DNA of 64,000 bases from Thermoproteota archaeon (GCA_027491915.1 JAOZGC010000002.1:544001-608000); one strand, 5' to 3'. Positions 27,631-37,280 are shown, numbered from the stretch's first letter. The notes: generated by a model not told the origin, from the sequence alone. A program made the numbers and translations.

Positions 27631-29829
27631 TCACCTGCCCCTGCGCCAGATCGCGGCCGCGAGGGCGGCGAGGGCCGCGGCGACCGCCAGCAGGAGCAGG
27701 AGGAACGTCCTGTCCTCCCACCAGGCCCCGCCGGGAGGCGGCCCCTCCTCGACTCCCCCGGATGGGGCGGCCCCGCCGCCTCCCGCCCCCGCCCCGGTCA
27801 CGTGCAGGTTGATGGTCTCGGCGTCCTCCGCCCCGTCGGCCGAGGCCCTGACCACGACTAGGTAGTCCCCCGGGGAGCCGGCCGCGAGGTAGACGACGGC
27901 CCTCTGCCCGGGCCTGACCTGGGCGGGGGTGACGTTCCACTCGACCCCGGGCGGCGCCTCCACGGTCAGGGACACGGAGGGCGCCTCCCCCCGGACGACC
28001 TCGGCGGCGGCCCAGGTCCTCACGGGCCTCCCGACTTCGGAGGAGAGGTTACCCTCCCCCAGCCTCAGGTCTATCCGGACCTCGCCCCCGTGGGGCTGCT
28101 GGCCCCCGCCGCCCCCTCCCGCCGCGGCCGACACGTGGAGGGTGACCGCGGCCTGCCTGACCAGGGAGCCGCTGGTCCCGACCACCTGCACCTCGTAGTC
28201 GCCTGGCGGGGTGTCCCCTGTCGGCATGACCCTGAGGTACGCCGTCCCCCCGGGGGACAGCGGGCTCCCGTGCACCAGGTGGAGGGATCCCGGCGGGGCG
28301 CCCGCCACCGACAGCTCGACCTCCCCGGAGAAGTCTCCCACCGCCTCCAGGTGGACCTCGAACGTGGCGGCCCTCCCCTGGACGGTCGTCGCCTCCGTCG
28401 GGTCGGGGATCAGGGCGAAGTCGCCCTGTCCCGCGGGGGGCTGCCCTCCTCCTGGAGGCTGCTGCCCTCCCCCTCCCCCTCCCCCGCCTCCGCCCCCGCC
28501 GCCGGCCTGCTGCTGGGGCGGCTGCAGGACCATGATCCAGGCCGACGCCGAGTCCTCCAGCCCGCCCCCCTGGCCGATCACCGTGACCAGGTAGTTCCCC
28601 GGCTCAGCCCAGTCTGGGACCCCCACCGTCAGCTGGGCCTCGGCCCCCTCCCCCGGGACGGCGGCCTCGGGGCTCACTGAGATGGACGCCCCGACGGGAC
28701 CGCCGGACGCCGAGAAGTGGACCTCCTCGGAGAATCCGAAGTGCGGGACGGCGTCAACCGAGAGGGAGGCCTCCTCCCCCGGGTGGACCGACACCAGGGG
28801 CGGACTGAGGAAGACGGAGAACGTCGGAGGGTACTCGGGCTGGGCGCCTGGGGGAGGCTGGAACCCCCCGGGTCCTGGGATCGGCACCTCCTCGGGCGGG
28901 GGGCCGGCCGGCGGCCCGGGATCCGCCGGCAGAAGGTCGCTCACGTCGGGCACCTGGCCGGGGGGTATGTTGGGCAGGGGGAAGACGTTCTCGCCCTCCC
29001 CCTGGTCCTCCGGCGGTATTCCCGGGATCTGACCCATCCAGGACGGTATGGAGGGGATCCCCGGGATCAATGGGATGGGAGGAGGCTGCTCGCCCCCTCC
29101 TCCGCCCGCCCCGCCCCCGTACTCCACGTACAGGGTCGGCGACTGCCCCATCTCCTTCGAGCGGAGTATGACCTCGCACCCCATCTCCGGCTCCCAGTCG
29201 TACCCCCACCAGTCCGAGTCCGGCGCCAGGGCCAGCCTCACCTCACCCCCGGCCGACACCTCCCCCTTCAGCTCGTCCGTCAGGTCCAGGACCAGGGGGC
29301 TCTTTCCCTCCGGGGTGACGTAGAAGGATCCCAGGTCGTGGAGGTGATCCCAGGGATCCCAGGCCTCGCCGGGGGACAGCTCCTCCCAGGTCACCCCGTG
29401 CTCCGAGAATTCTACGTCGACCCTGGACACGGCGAACCTGCACAGCTCCGAGGGCGGCCCGGGCACCGCGTCGTATATGCCCTGGAGGGGGAGGATCAGC
29501 AGGACCTTGGAGACCACGCCCTGGGACTCGATCCCGGTCAGGTCGAACTTCAGGAGGGTTATCGAGTCCCACCTCTCCAGGTAGACCATGCACGGCCCGC
29601 CGTCCTGACAGGCCGGCTCGCCGTAGTCGAAGAAGTAGCCCGCGGTCAGGAGCTCGTCGTCCCCCCAGTTCTGGGACGAGTAGGCCGGGTGCTCGTAGAT
29701 CGACACGTCGGCGGCGGCGTAGGAGTACACCTTGACCACGTCGCCGGGAGAGGCGGCCGCCGGGGCGGCCGCCAGGATCAGGACCAGGATCGGGATGGCC
29801 GCCGGGAGGAGGACCTTCCTCTTCATCAA
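27631..29829 (-). CDS. Membrane-anchored surface protein: DNRLRE/CBM96-like domain, Pro-rich linker, three Ig-like repeats, C-terminal TM
   Basis: Signal peptide MKRK-hydrophobic-AAA; D(V)SI...NWG...LLKFDL...VTW...SKE....PTLYVEY; repeats of F(S/A)L...V.L.S..G.P.G...TP.G.Y.V.V.G; TM then RRGR. Confidence 0.75.
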   Translation of the reverse strand: MMKRKVLLPAAIPILVLILAAAPAAASPGDVVKVYSYAAADVSIYEHPAYSSQNWGDDELLTAGYFFDYGEPACQDGGPCMVYLERWDSITLLKFDLTGIESQGVVSKVLLILPLQGIYDAVPGPPSELCRFAVSRVDVEFSEHGVTWEELSPGEAWDPWDHLHDLGSFYVTPEGKSPLVLDLTDELKGEVSAGGEVRLALAPDSDWWGYDWEPEMGCEVILRSKEMGQSPTLYVEYGGGAGGGGGEQPPPIPLIPGIPSIPSWMGQIPGIPPEDQGEGENVFPLPNIPPGQVPDVSDLLPADPGPPAGPPPEEVPIPGPGGFQPPPGAQPEYPPTFSVFLSPPLVSVHPGEEASLSVDAVPHFGFSEEVHFSASGGPVGASISVSPEAAVPGEGAEAQLTVGVPDWAEPGNYLVTVIGQGGGLEDSASAWIMVLQPPQQQAGGGGGGGGGGGGGQQPPGGGQPPAGQGDFALIPDPTEATTVQGRAATFEVHLEAVGDFSGEVELSVAGAPPGSLHLVHGSPLSPGGTAYLRVMPTGDTPPGDYEVQVVGTSGSLVRQAAVTLHVSAAAGGGGGGQQPHGGEVRIDLRLGEGNLSSEVGRPVRTWAAAEVVRGEAPSVSLTVEAPPGVEWNVTPAQVRPGQRAVVYLAAGSPGDYLVVVRASADGAEDAETINLHVTGAGAGGGGAAPSGGVEEGPPPGGAWWEDRTFLLLLLAVAAALAALAAAIWRRGR

Positions 29830-29937
29830 CTCGAGCGACTCCCCTTGCTTATAACCTCCGGCGGCTCATCCCCCCGTCCCACCCCCCGCCCCCCTCCGAC
29901 CCGAAAAGGATTAACCCCCGGGCGGCCGCCCGCCCCG

Positions 29938-32001
29938 GTGGGGAAGGTGAGGCTCGCCCCCCTGGTGGTCCCCCTGCTGATCCCCCTCATCGCGGCGGCC
30001 CGACCCGCGGCCCCGTCGGCCCAGGGCCTGACGGTGGTGGAGAGGCTCTGGGTCAAGCCCCTGTGGGGTTCCGTCGGGGGGCTGGGGTGGACGCCCGACG
30101 GATCGGCCCTGGTAGCTGGCACGGGCACGGGATCCGTCTTCTCGATCTCCCCCGAGGGGGTCGGCCTGTGGACCAGGGGGGTCGGATCCACCGTCACCGC
30201 CCTCTCCCTTTCCGGCGGGACAATCCTGGTCGGCACCGATTCGGGGATCCTGGCGGCCTACGACGAGTCCGGCGGGATATCCTGGTCCGCGGACCTGGGG
30301 ATCCCCGTCTACTCCCTCGTCCCCGTCCCCGGGGGCTGGATCGCCGCCGCAGGCGGGGACCTCCTGTACGCGCGGAACGGCTCGGTCGCCCCGGTCGGCG
30401 TCAACCTCAGCTTCCCCCCCAGGATCGTCTCCGGGTGCGGCGGGAGGCTCGTCGCCGCGGGCCCGGGGGCGGCGGCGATCATCGACCTCCCCAACATGAC
30501 CGTCTCCCTCACCGTGGACCTGCCCGGGGCGGCCTCCTCCCTGGCCTGCGGCCCCTCTGGGGTGGCCCTCGGGGACGATGAGGGGATGCTGACGGTGGTG
30601 GAGGGCAACTCAACCCTGTCCTTCGACCTGGGAGTCGGGATCGAGGCGCTCTCCTGGTCGCCGGGGGACCTCCTGGCCGCCGGCCTGGCGGACGGGAGGG
30701 TGGTGGTCCTGACCCCGACCGGGGAGGTCGTCTGGAACTCCACGTCGCCGTCCCCGGTGACTACCCTGGCTTGGGACCCGTCAGGATCCCTCCTGGCCGT
30801 CGGGACCTCCTCGGGGTGGTTCTACGTGTACACCGGCGCCGGGACCGAGTCCCACCGGGTCGACCTCGGGGACCGGGTGTGCTCCCTCTCCTGGTCGCCG
30901 GACGGATCCCTCCTGGCCGTCGGGACCTGGGACGTTCACCTCTTCGCCGTCTCCAGGCCGGGGTTCAGGCTGGAGGTCTCTCCCTCCCCAGACGGCTCCG
31001 CCCTGGAGGTGTTGGTGTCCGTCTCCCCTCCCCTGCCCTCGCCGCTGGAGGCGGTCGTCTCTGCCGTCGAGGGGGGTGTGGAGGTGGCCCGGGGACCCGT
31101 CCTGATATCGGGGGGCGGCGGGACCGCCGGGCTGAACCTGACCCTCCCGCCCGGGGATCACGCGCTGGCGGTCAGGCTCCTGGTGTCGGGGAAGGAGGCT
31201 GCCTCCCGGGTCGTGGAGGTCTCCGTCCCACCCTCCGTCTCCGGGGCCGCCTCCTGGTCTCGGGGGCGGCTCCGCGTTAACCTGACGGTGGTCGGCGGCC
31301 CCCTATCCGGGAGGCTCGAGGTCTCCGAGTCCGGCCGGACCCTGGCGAGGGTGGACCTCAACCTGCCCGAGGGAAACTCCCCTCTGGAGGTCCCCCTGGA
31401 ACTACCCCCGGGGGATCACCGGCTCTCGGTGGCGGTCACCGGCAGGTGGGGCGGGCTGTGGGAGGGGGAGGTGTCGGCCGCCGTCAGGGGTTTCTCGGTT
31501 CTGGCCTCCCCCTCCGGGGAGGGGGGCGCGCTGTCCGTCACGGTGTCGGCGGACCCTCCCCCGTCCCCCGGCGAGACCCTGAACCTGACCCTGAGGCTCT
31601 CCGAGGGTGGGGTGGAGGTGTGGGTCGGTCGGGTCTCCCTCTCCGGTCCTTCCTCCCACCTGGAGGTCCCCCTGGAACTACCCCCCGGGGATCACTCGAT
31701 CCTGGTCGAGGCGGTCTCCGGCGGGGAGGTGGTCGCCTCTACCAGGGTCGAGATCCGCGCGCCCGGCGGCCCCCAGATCCTCCCCTACGCGGGCCTGGTC
31801 GCGGCGGCCGCGGTCGGGGCGGCCGCCTTCAGACTCAGGAGGAGATCGACCGACGCCGAACTCAAGTTAAGGATCCTGGAGGAGGCCCTCTCCGGGCGGG
31901 ACCTCACCCCGGAGCTGGTCGCCTCGAGGCTCGGGATCTCCAGATCCAGGGCCGCGAGGCTCCTGGAGGAGCTCAGGGAGGAGGGATCCCTGGAGGGGTG
32001 A
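29938..32001 (+). CDS. Surface beta-propeller (WD40/PQQ-like) plus three Ig-like repeats, TM helix and cytoplasmic winged-helix domain
   Basis: Signal peptide; LxWSPDGSLLAVG repeats; LELPPGDH repeats (also near-identical at DNA level); TM-RRR; LRILEE...TPELVASRLGISRSRAARLLEELREEG. Confidence 0.78.
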   Translation: MGKVRLAPLVVPLLIPLIAAARPAAPSAQGLTVVERLWVKPLWGSVGGLGWTPDGSALVAGTGTGSVFSISPEGVGLWTRGVGSTVTALSLSGGTILVGTDSGILAAYDESGGISWSADLGIPVYSLVPVPGGWIAAAGGDLLYARNGSVAPVGVNLSFPPRIVSGCGGRLVAAGPGAAAIIDLPNMTVSLTVDLPGAASSLACGPSGVALGDDEGMLTVVEGNSTLSFDLGVGIEALSWSPGDLLAAGLADGRVVVLTPTGEVVWNSTSPSPVTTLAWDPSGSLLAVGTSSGWFYVYTGAGTESHRVDLGDRVCSLSWSPDGSLLAVGTWDVHLFAVSRPGFRLEVSPSPDGSALEVLVSVSPPLPSPLEAVVSAVEGGVEVARGPVLISGGGGTAGLNLTLPPGDHALAVRLLVSGKEAASRVVEVSVPPSVSGAASWSRGRLRVNLTVVGGPLSGRLEVSESGRTLARVDLNLPEGNSPLEVPLELPPGDHRLSVAVTGRWGGLWEGEVSAAVRGFSVLASPSGEGGALSVTVSADPPPSPGETLNLTLRLSEGGVEVWVGRVSLSGPSSHLEVPLELPPGDHSILVEAVSGGEVVASTRVEIRAPGGPQILPYAGLVAAAAVGAAAFRLRRRSTDAELKLRILEEALSGRDLTPELVASRLGISRSRAARLLEELREEGSLEG

Positions 32002-32038
32002 GGTACCGGCAGCCGAAGTCCGGTCGGAGGTAGTCCGG

Positions 32039-32494
32039 ATGACCTACAGGCTACCCAGGACCGTCAGGATCCTGCTCGAGGATTACAGGGCCAGGCTCAG
32101 CGAGTGCGAGTCCCGGGCCTCCGAGCTCGCGGAGAGGGTCGCCGAGCTGGAGGCCAGGCTGAGGGACCTGGAGGCGGCGGCCTCCCCGGGGGGCGAGCCC
32201 GGCCCGGCGGACCGGGGGGCGGACCTGGTCCGGGACCGAGACCAGGACCGGGACCTGGAGGTGGAGAGGCTCAGGGCCAGGGTCGAGGAGCTGACCAGGA
32301 GGCTGGAGGAGCTGGAGTCCCTGGACATGGGCAAGTTGGAGGAGGATCTGCTGAGGCACCTGGCCGCCTCTGGGGGATGGTTCGACCTGCAGAAGGCCAG
32401 CGAGGAGCTTGGAGTCTCGCCCAGGGCCGTCATGGCCGCCGCCAGGTCCCTGGCCTCCAAGGGGGCCCTGATCCTGGTGGAGAGGGAGGGCTGA
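32039..32494 (+). CDS. Coiled-coil protein with a C-terminal winged-helix domain
   Basis: Heptad-rich N-terminus; LEEDLLRHLAASGGWFDLQKASEELGVSPRAVMAAARSLASKGALIL. Confidence 0.75.
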   Translation: MTYRLPRTVRILLEDYRARLSECESRASELAERVAELEARLRDLEAAASPGGEPGPADRGADLVRDRDQDRDLEVERLRARVEELTRRLEELESLDMGKLEEDLLRHLAASGGWFDLQKASEELGVSPRAVMAAARSLASKGALILVEREG

Positions 32495-33810
32495 TGGACC
32501 CGCCGGGGGACCCGCGCGAGTTCGTGAGGAGGCTGCCCCTGATGGCCGGCTGCCCCCCCAGGGTGAGGGCCGGGCTGCTGGCGGAGATGGGGGAAGAGAG
32601 GGCCGCCCCCTCCTCGGGCCACGCCCTGCCCCCGGAGGTCGTGCTGACCCCCATGGCCTACTTCCTCTACGAGTTCCTGAAGGAGGCCGCCAGGGTGATC
32701 CAGGAGGAGGCCGGGGAGAGCCTGGGCGGCGCCCTGGGGAGGAGGGCCTTCGAGAGGGTGCGCAGGAGGCTGGCGGGCAGGGTGCCCCGGGGGGCGATGC
32801 CCACCCAGGAGGAGGCGGTCCAGATAGCCGCCCTCTACCTGAGGCCCGCCTCCGTACCTCCCCCTCCCTCCCCCTCGGCCAGGAGGGTCAGGACCTCGGA
32901 CGACCTGGCATCCGGCAGGTGGGCCGTCAGGGTTTTCCGGCCGGGCACCGTCGAGGCGGCCGCGGCCAGGCTCCTGCTGCTGTCCAGGGTGTCCGGCCTC
33001 TCCCGCCGGGAGCTGGGGGAGCTCTCCTCCCTGATCCTGGGGCTGGCCCGGGAGAGGCTGGGCGTGGACCCCGGGGACTACCCGGTCTCCTTCGACCGCC
33101 TCGCCCCCGCGGCCTCCGCCCACCCGTCCGGCGGGGCGGTGATCCCCTACGACCCGGATTCGGCCATCCCGGACGCCGGGAGGCTCGCGGCCCACCTGGC
33201 GCACGAGGCGGCGGGCCACGGCTTCTTCTACAGGAAGACCGCGGCCGGCCGGATCCTGTCCAGGCTCGCCGCGGCCGAGGCCTCCGCCTCCGGGGTGGAG
33301 GCCGCCGAGGCCTCCGACAGGCTCAGGATCTTCGGGTGGACCACCGTGGTGGTGGACGAGGGGTTCGCCCTCTGGGTCGAGCTGGCCGTCCTCAGGGAGC
33401 TGAGGCCGGTGCTGGGGGAGGCCATCCTCGAGGAGGAGATGATGAGGTACCTCCTGCCCGACTCCGATCCCTACGGTCGGACCGACTCGGAGTACTTCGA
33501 GCGGGTCTACGGGAGGGCCGTCAACCCCTACAAGGAGGGGTACTCGGCCCTCTTCGACCTGGAGAGGATCTGGGGGAGGAGGTGCGCCGTGGAGGCCGTC
33601 AGGGTGGCGGCCGGGATCGCGGACTACGGGCCCGAGGGCAGGGGGGTGGCCGATCTGAGGGAGCTGGTGTCTTCCCACCCGGAGTTCTGCCCGGATCAGA
33701 GGCTGATGGCCGTCAGGGCCGCGGCCCTGGACGACCCCGGGGCCGCCAGGCCCAACGGCCCGGGCGCCTTCAGGGAATTCGCCCGGCGGGCCCTGTCCCG
33801 CCTGGGGTAG
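32494..33810 (+). CDS. Putative cytoplasmic zincin metallopeptidase (HExxGH plus DEGFA)
   Basis: LAHEAAGH at 33202-33219, VDEGFALWVE, NPYKEGY; ATG overlaps the upstream stop; no signal peptide. Confidence 0.65.
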   Translation: MDPPGDPREFVRRLPLMAGCPPRVRAGLLAEMGEERAAPSSGHALPPEVVLTPMAYFLYEFLKEAARVIQEEAGESLGGALGRRAFERVRRRLAGRVPRGAMPTQEEAVQIAALYLRPASVPPPPSPSARRVRTSDDLASGRWAVRVFRPGTVEAAAARLLLLSRVSGLSRRELGELSSLILGLARERLGVDPGDYPVSFDRLAPAASAHPSGGAVIPYDPDSAIPDAGRLAAHLAHEAAGHGFFYRKTAAGRILSRLAAAEASASGVEAAEASDRLRIFGWTTVVVDEGFALWVELAVLRELRPVLGEAILEEEMMRYLLPDSDPYGRTDSEYFERVYGRAVNPYKEGYSALFDLERIWGRRCAVEAVRVAAGIADYGPEGRGVADLRELVSSHPEFCPDQRLMAVRAAALDDPGAARPNGPGAFREFARRALSRLG

Positions 33811-33863
33811 GTCCTCCGGCCCCAGGGCGGCAACTATATTTACCGGGGACGCGGGAGATCTGT

Positions 33864-35252
33864 GTGGCGGGTTCCGGCTCTATAGGAGAGGATGATAGAC
33901 TGCCCGATTTCCTGAGGGAATTCTTCGGCCTCCCCTGGACCAAGGTGGCCGTGATAAGGGGGGGACCCGGAACCGGGAAGACCGCCCTGGCCCTGACCAT
34001 CTCGGAGTGGCTGGTCGAGACCGGCCGTGAGGTGATATACTCCAGCTCCGACGTGTCGGAGGAGAGGCTGGCGGGCCAGTTCCCATGGATACGGGACCTC
34101 CTCGGATCCGGCCTCTCGGTGAGGGCGGGGCCGGTCCGGGCCAGGGAGCCGCGCCACCTTCCACTGATATTCTACGAACACGTCGAGGAGGCCCCGGACG
34201 CCATAGTCATAGACTCCTGGAACTCCTTCACCTACGAGCTGGACGAGAGGGACGCCCTCAGGGCCGCCAGGTCGGTCAGCGAGATGACCAGGAAGTACGG
34301 CGGGAAGGTCGTGCTCATAGAGGAGGGGGACGGCTGGTCCCCCCTGGACTACGTGGCGGACGTCCTGATCGGGCTGGACAGGACCCTCCTGGGCGGGAGG
34401 GTGATGCGGAAGGTGACCCTGGAGAAGGTCAGGGGGCTCGGGGTCTCCTGGGCCAGATCCCCCTTCACCCTGGCCGGGGGGAGGTTCAGGATCCTGAGGC
34501 CCCGGAGCTTCTCCCCGCCCCCCAGGGGGGAGAGGGAGCCCTTCCCCCCGGCCGACCTATCCCGGGATCGCCTGCCGCCCGGGGTCGCCGGGATGGACGA
34601 GATCCTGGGGGGAGGGTGGAGGAGGGGGACGGTCAACCTGATCAAGCTCGGGCCCGGGGCCGGGGTGGCCTACATGCCCCTGCTGGCCAACCCCATAATG
34701 GCCTTCCTCAACGGGGGAGGGGCGTACGTGAGCATCCTCTCTGGCAGGTTCAGCCCAGAGTCGGTGGTGGACGTCCTCCTGGGCGGGTACGTGCCCGACG
34801 TGGAGGACAGGGTGGCCTTCGCCTTCCCGGGGAGGTACCGCTACTCCGGCCGCCTGAGGGTGCTCTCCCCCGAGGGCGAGAGCGCCGAGGAGTTCCTCAT
34901 AGTCCTGGACGAGGCCGAGGAGGCGATGAGGGCCAGGTCCGGCGACGGGAGCATAATCTGGTTCGTGGGGCTGGACAGCCTCGAGTGGTCCCTGGGCATG
35001 GAGGGGGCCCTGAGGGCCTTCCGCGCGATATCCATCAAGACCAGGACCAGGGGGGACCTGTGCTTCGCGGTCTCCAGGGAGGACCAGCTCCTGCCCGGGT
35101 ACGTGGCCGACTCGGCCGACACCCTCTGGGAGATCTCGTCGGAGGAGGGGGTCCCCATACTCTACGGCCTCAACCCCCACACCGGGGCCTTCGGCGTGGA
35201 GGCGGACTACTCCGGCCCGCTGCCCAGGGCCGAGGTGATCCCCATACTCTGA
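33864..35252 (+). CDS. KaiC/RAD55-superfamily ATPase, GvpD-like (active domain plus degenerate second domain)
   Basis: IRGGPGTGKT, IVIDSWN, LDYVADVLI, LEKVRG. The second domain (GMDEILGGG) lacks Walker A. Confidence 0.82.
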   Translation: MAGSGSIGEDDRLPDFLREFFGLPWTKVAVIRGGPGTGKTALALTISEWLVETGREVIYSSSDVSEERLAGQFPWIRDLLGSGLSVRAGPVRAREPRHLPLIFYEHVEEAPDAIVIDSWNSFTYELDERDALRAARSVSEMTRKYGGKVVLIEEGDGWSPLDYVADVLIGLDRTLLGGRVMRKVTLEKVRGLGVSWARSPFTLAGGRFRILRPRSFSPPPRGEREPFPPADLSRDRLPPGVAGMDEILGGGWRRGTVNLIKLGPGAGVAYMPLLANPIMAFLNGGGAYVSILSGRFSPESVVDVLLGGYVPDVEDRVAFAFPGRYRYSGRLRVLSPEGESAEEFLIVLDEAEEAMRARSGDGSIIWFVGLDSLEWSLGMEGALRAFRAISIKTRTRGDLCFAVSREDQLLPGYVADSADTLWEISSEEGVPILYGLNPHTGAFGVEADYSGPLPRAEVIPIL

Positions 35253-36443
35253 TCACCGGAGGAACCTCTCCCGGGCCTCCGCCGCCAGCCTCCTGCCCAA
35301 CTCCCCGGCCTCCGCCAGCTCCCCCTCCGAGGGGGATCCCCTCACCTCCAGGGAGGCCACCACCGGCAGGCCCGCCGACTCCAGCCTCTCCCTGGCCACC
35401 CTGACCCCGCCGCCGGCCCAGCCGTGGACCCCGACCACGGCGGCCACCTTGTTCTTGGGCCTGTACTCCTCCAGCAGGTCCAGGTAGAAGGTTATCCCCA
35501 GGAAGGGGCGCCCGTTGTGGGTGCTGGTGGCGATCAGCAGGGCCGCGGCGTCCAGGGTCTCGGCCAGGAGGTCGTCCGGATCCCAGGAGGCCGAGTCCGC
35601 GACCGTGACCTCCAGCCCTCCCTCGGCCAGGCCCCCCGCGGCCGCCCGGGCCAGGGCCTCGGTCCTCCCGTACTGGCTGCCAACCACCACCAGGGCCCGG
35701 GCCAGGGGCCTCCAGGAGGCCCACCTCTCGTAGAGGTCCAGGATCTCCCCCACCTCCCTGTGGAGGGCCCCGTGGGACGGGGCCAGGATCCGGGGCCCCA
35801 GCTCCCTGACCCTGGAGACAGCCCGGCCCACCATAGCCGGGTATATGCCGAGTATCGACGCGTAGTAGTCCCTAAGCTCGAAGGACTCGGGATCCTCGTC
35901 GTAGAACTCCGCCTCGGACGCCCCGTGGGACCCGAAGAGGTCGCACGTGAACAGGACTCCCTCCTCCGGCAGGTGGGTCATCATGGTCTCCGGCCAGTGG
36001 ACGAAGGGGGCCGCGACGAACCTGAGGGTCCTCCCGCCCAGGTCCACCGAGTCCCCGTCCCCCACCTCCCTGAACCTGCCGGAGGGGAGACCCGCCAGCT
36101 TCTCCCCTATCTCCAGCGCCCTCTTGGTCCCCAGCAGGGCGGCCCCGGGGGCCCTCTCCAGGACCCTGGCCAGGGTCCCCGAGTGGTCCGGCTCCACGTG
36201 CTGCGCGACCACGTGGGTTATCTCCGCCGGGTCGACCTCGGACTCCAGAGCATCCCAGAACGGGTCCGAGACCCTCTCGTCGGCTCCGTCTATCAGGGCC
36301 GTTCCCTCGGATCCCCTCACCAGGTAGAAGTTGTAGGAGGTCCCCCTGGGGATCGGCCAGAAGTTCTCAAACCTCTCGAAGGCGTCGTTCAGTATCCTGA
36401 ACGCGGTGATCCCCGGGGCCAGCTCGAACTTGACGTACCTCAA
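35253..36443 (-). CDS. fprA: Flavodiiron protein (O2/NO reductase, class A)
   Basis: GTSYNFYL, HVEPDHSG, HWPETM, CDLFGSH, PSHG; flavodoxin SQYGRT. Start re-set to the TTG at 36443. Confidence 0.92.
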   Translation of the reverse strand: MRYVKFELAPGITAFRILNDAFERFENFWPIPRGTSYNFYLVRGSEGTALIDGADERVSDPFWDALESEVDPAEITHVVAQHVEPDHSGTLARVLERAPGAALLGTKRALEIGEKLAGLPSGRFREVGDGDSVDLGGRTLRFVAAPFVHWPETMMTHLPEEGVLFTCDLFGSHGASEAEFYDEDPESFELRDYYASILGIYPAMVGRAVSRVRELGPRILAPSHGALHREVGEILDLYERWASWRPLARALVVVGSQYGRTEALARAAAGGLAEGGLEVTVADSASWDPDDLLAETLDAAALLIATSTHNGRPFLGITFYLDLLEEYRPKNKVAAVVGVHGWAGGGVRVARERLESAGLPVVASLEVRGSPSEGELAEAGELGRRLAAEARERFLR

Positions 36444-36505
36444 CCCGCCGCACCCCGGCCCGCCTCCGGAAAACCTCAAAAAGTTCTCCCTCGCGGACCG
36501 GCGGG

Positions 36506-37195
36506 TTGATCGTCCGGGGCACGCTGAGGTTCGGCCGGTTCAGGGAGAGGCTCAACAGGTTCGCGGTCTCGCTGGACGACCTCTCGGGCCGCAGGAGGAG
36601 GTGCCACCTCAGGGACCCTGGGAGGCTGTCCGAGCTCCTGCTGCCGGGCGCCGGGATCCTCTTCCTGGAGAGGAGGTCCCCGGGCAGGTCCACCGACTGC
36701 GAGGTCCTGGCCGTCTGGGACGGGGTCCTCTGGACGGTGGTGAACTCCGGCCTCCACTCGGGCCTGGCCGAGGAGCTGATATCATCCGGGAGGGCGCGGC
36801 CCATACCGGCGGCCCCCCTGAGGAGAGAGGTCAGGTTCCGGGACAGCCGCCTGGATTTCCTTGTGTCCTCCGACCCGCCGTGGCTCGTGGAGGTGAAGGG
36901 CTGCACCCTGGTCAGGGACGGGCTGGCCCTCTTCCCGGACGCGCCGACCGAGAGGGGGACCAGGCACGTCTCGGCCCTGGAGGCCGCCCTGGGGGAGGGC
37001 TACCGGGCGGCCGTCCTCTTCCTGGTGATGAGGCCCGACGCCCGGGCCCTGGTCCCGAACCGGGAGGCCGACCCGAGGTTCGCCGAGGCCCTGATCTCGG
37101 CGGCCGACGCCGGGGTGGAGACCCTGGCCCACACCTTCAGGCTCTCCGGGAGGGTCGTGGAGCCCGTCGAGCCCATACCCGTGCTGCTGGGGTGA
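36506..37195 (+). CDS. sfsA: SfsA DNA/RNA nuclease
   Basis: RLNRF, HLRDPGRL, SRLDF, VEVKGCTL, FPDAPTERGTRH. Confidence 0.93.
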   Translation: MIVRGTLRFGRFRERLNRFAVSLDDLSGRRRRCHLRDPGRLSELLLPGAGILFLERRSPGRSTDCEVLAVWDGVLWTVVNSGLHSGLAEELISSGRARPIPAAPLRREVRFRDSRLDFLVSSDPPWLVEVKGCTLVRDGLALFPDAPTERGTRHVSALEAALGEGYRAAVLFLVMRPDARALVPNREADPRFAEALISAADAGVETLAHTFRLSGRVVEPVEPIPVLLG

Positions 37196-37280
37196 GCCCG
37201 CGCCAGCCCCGAGTGGCCGCGCCTCGGGATCCGGGCCCGAGACCGTCCCCCTTTAAAATACCACGATCCCCGGGGAACCC

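Noticed and set aside
28717-29937. N-terminal extensions of track ORFs (28717, 32104, 32919, 10621, 44022, 62548)
   Set aside because: They overlap neighbouring genes; starts were re-set to signal peptides or stop-start overlaps.
33864-35252. Gas vesicle cluster or circadian clock
   Set aside because: GvpD/KaiC-like ATPase only; no gvpA or kaiB nearby.
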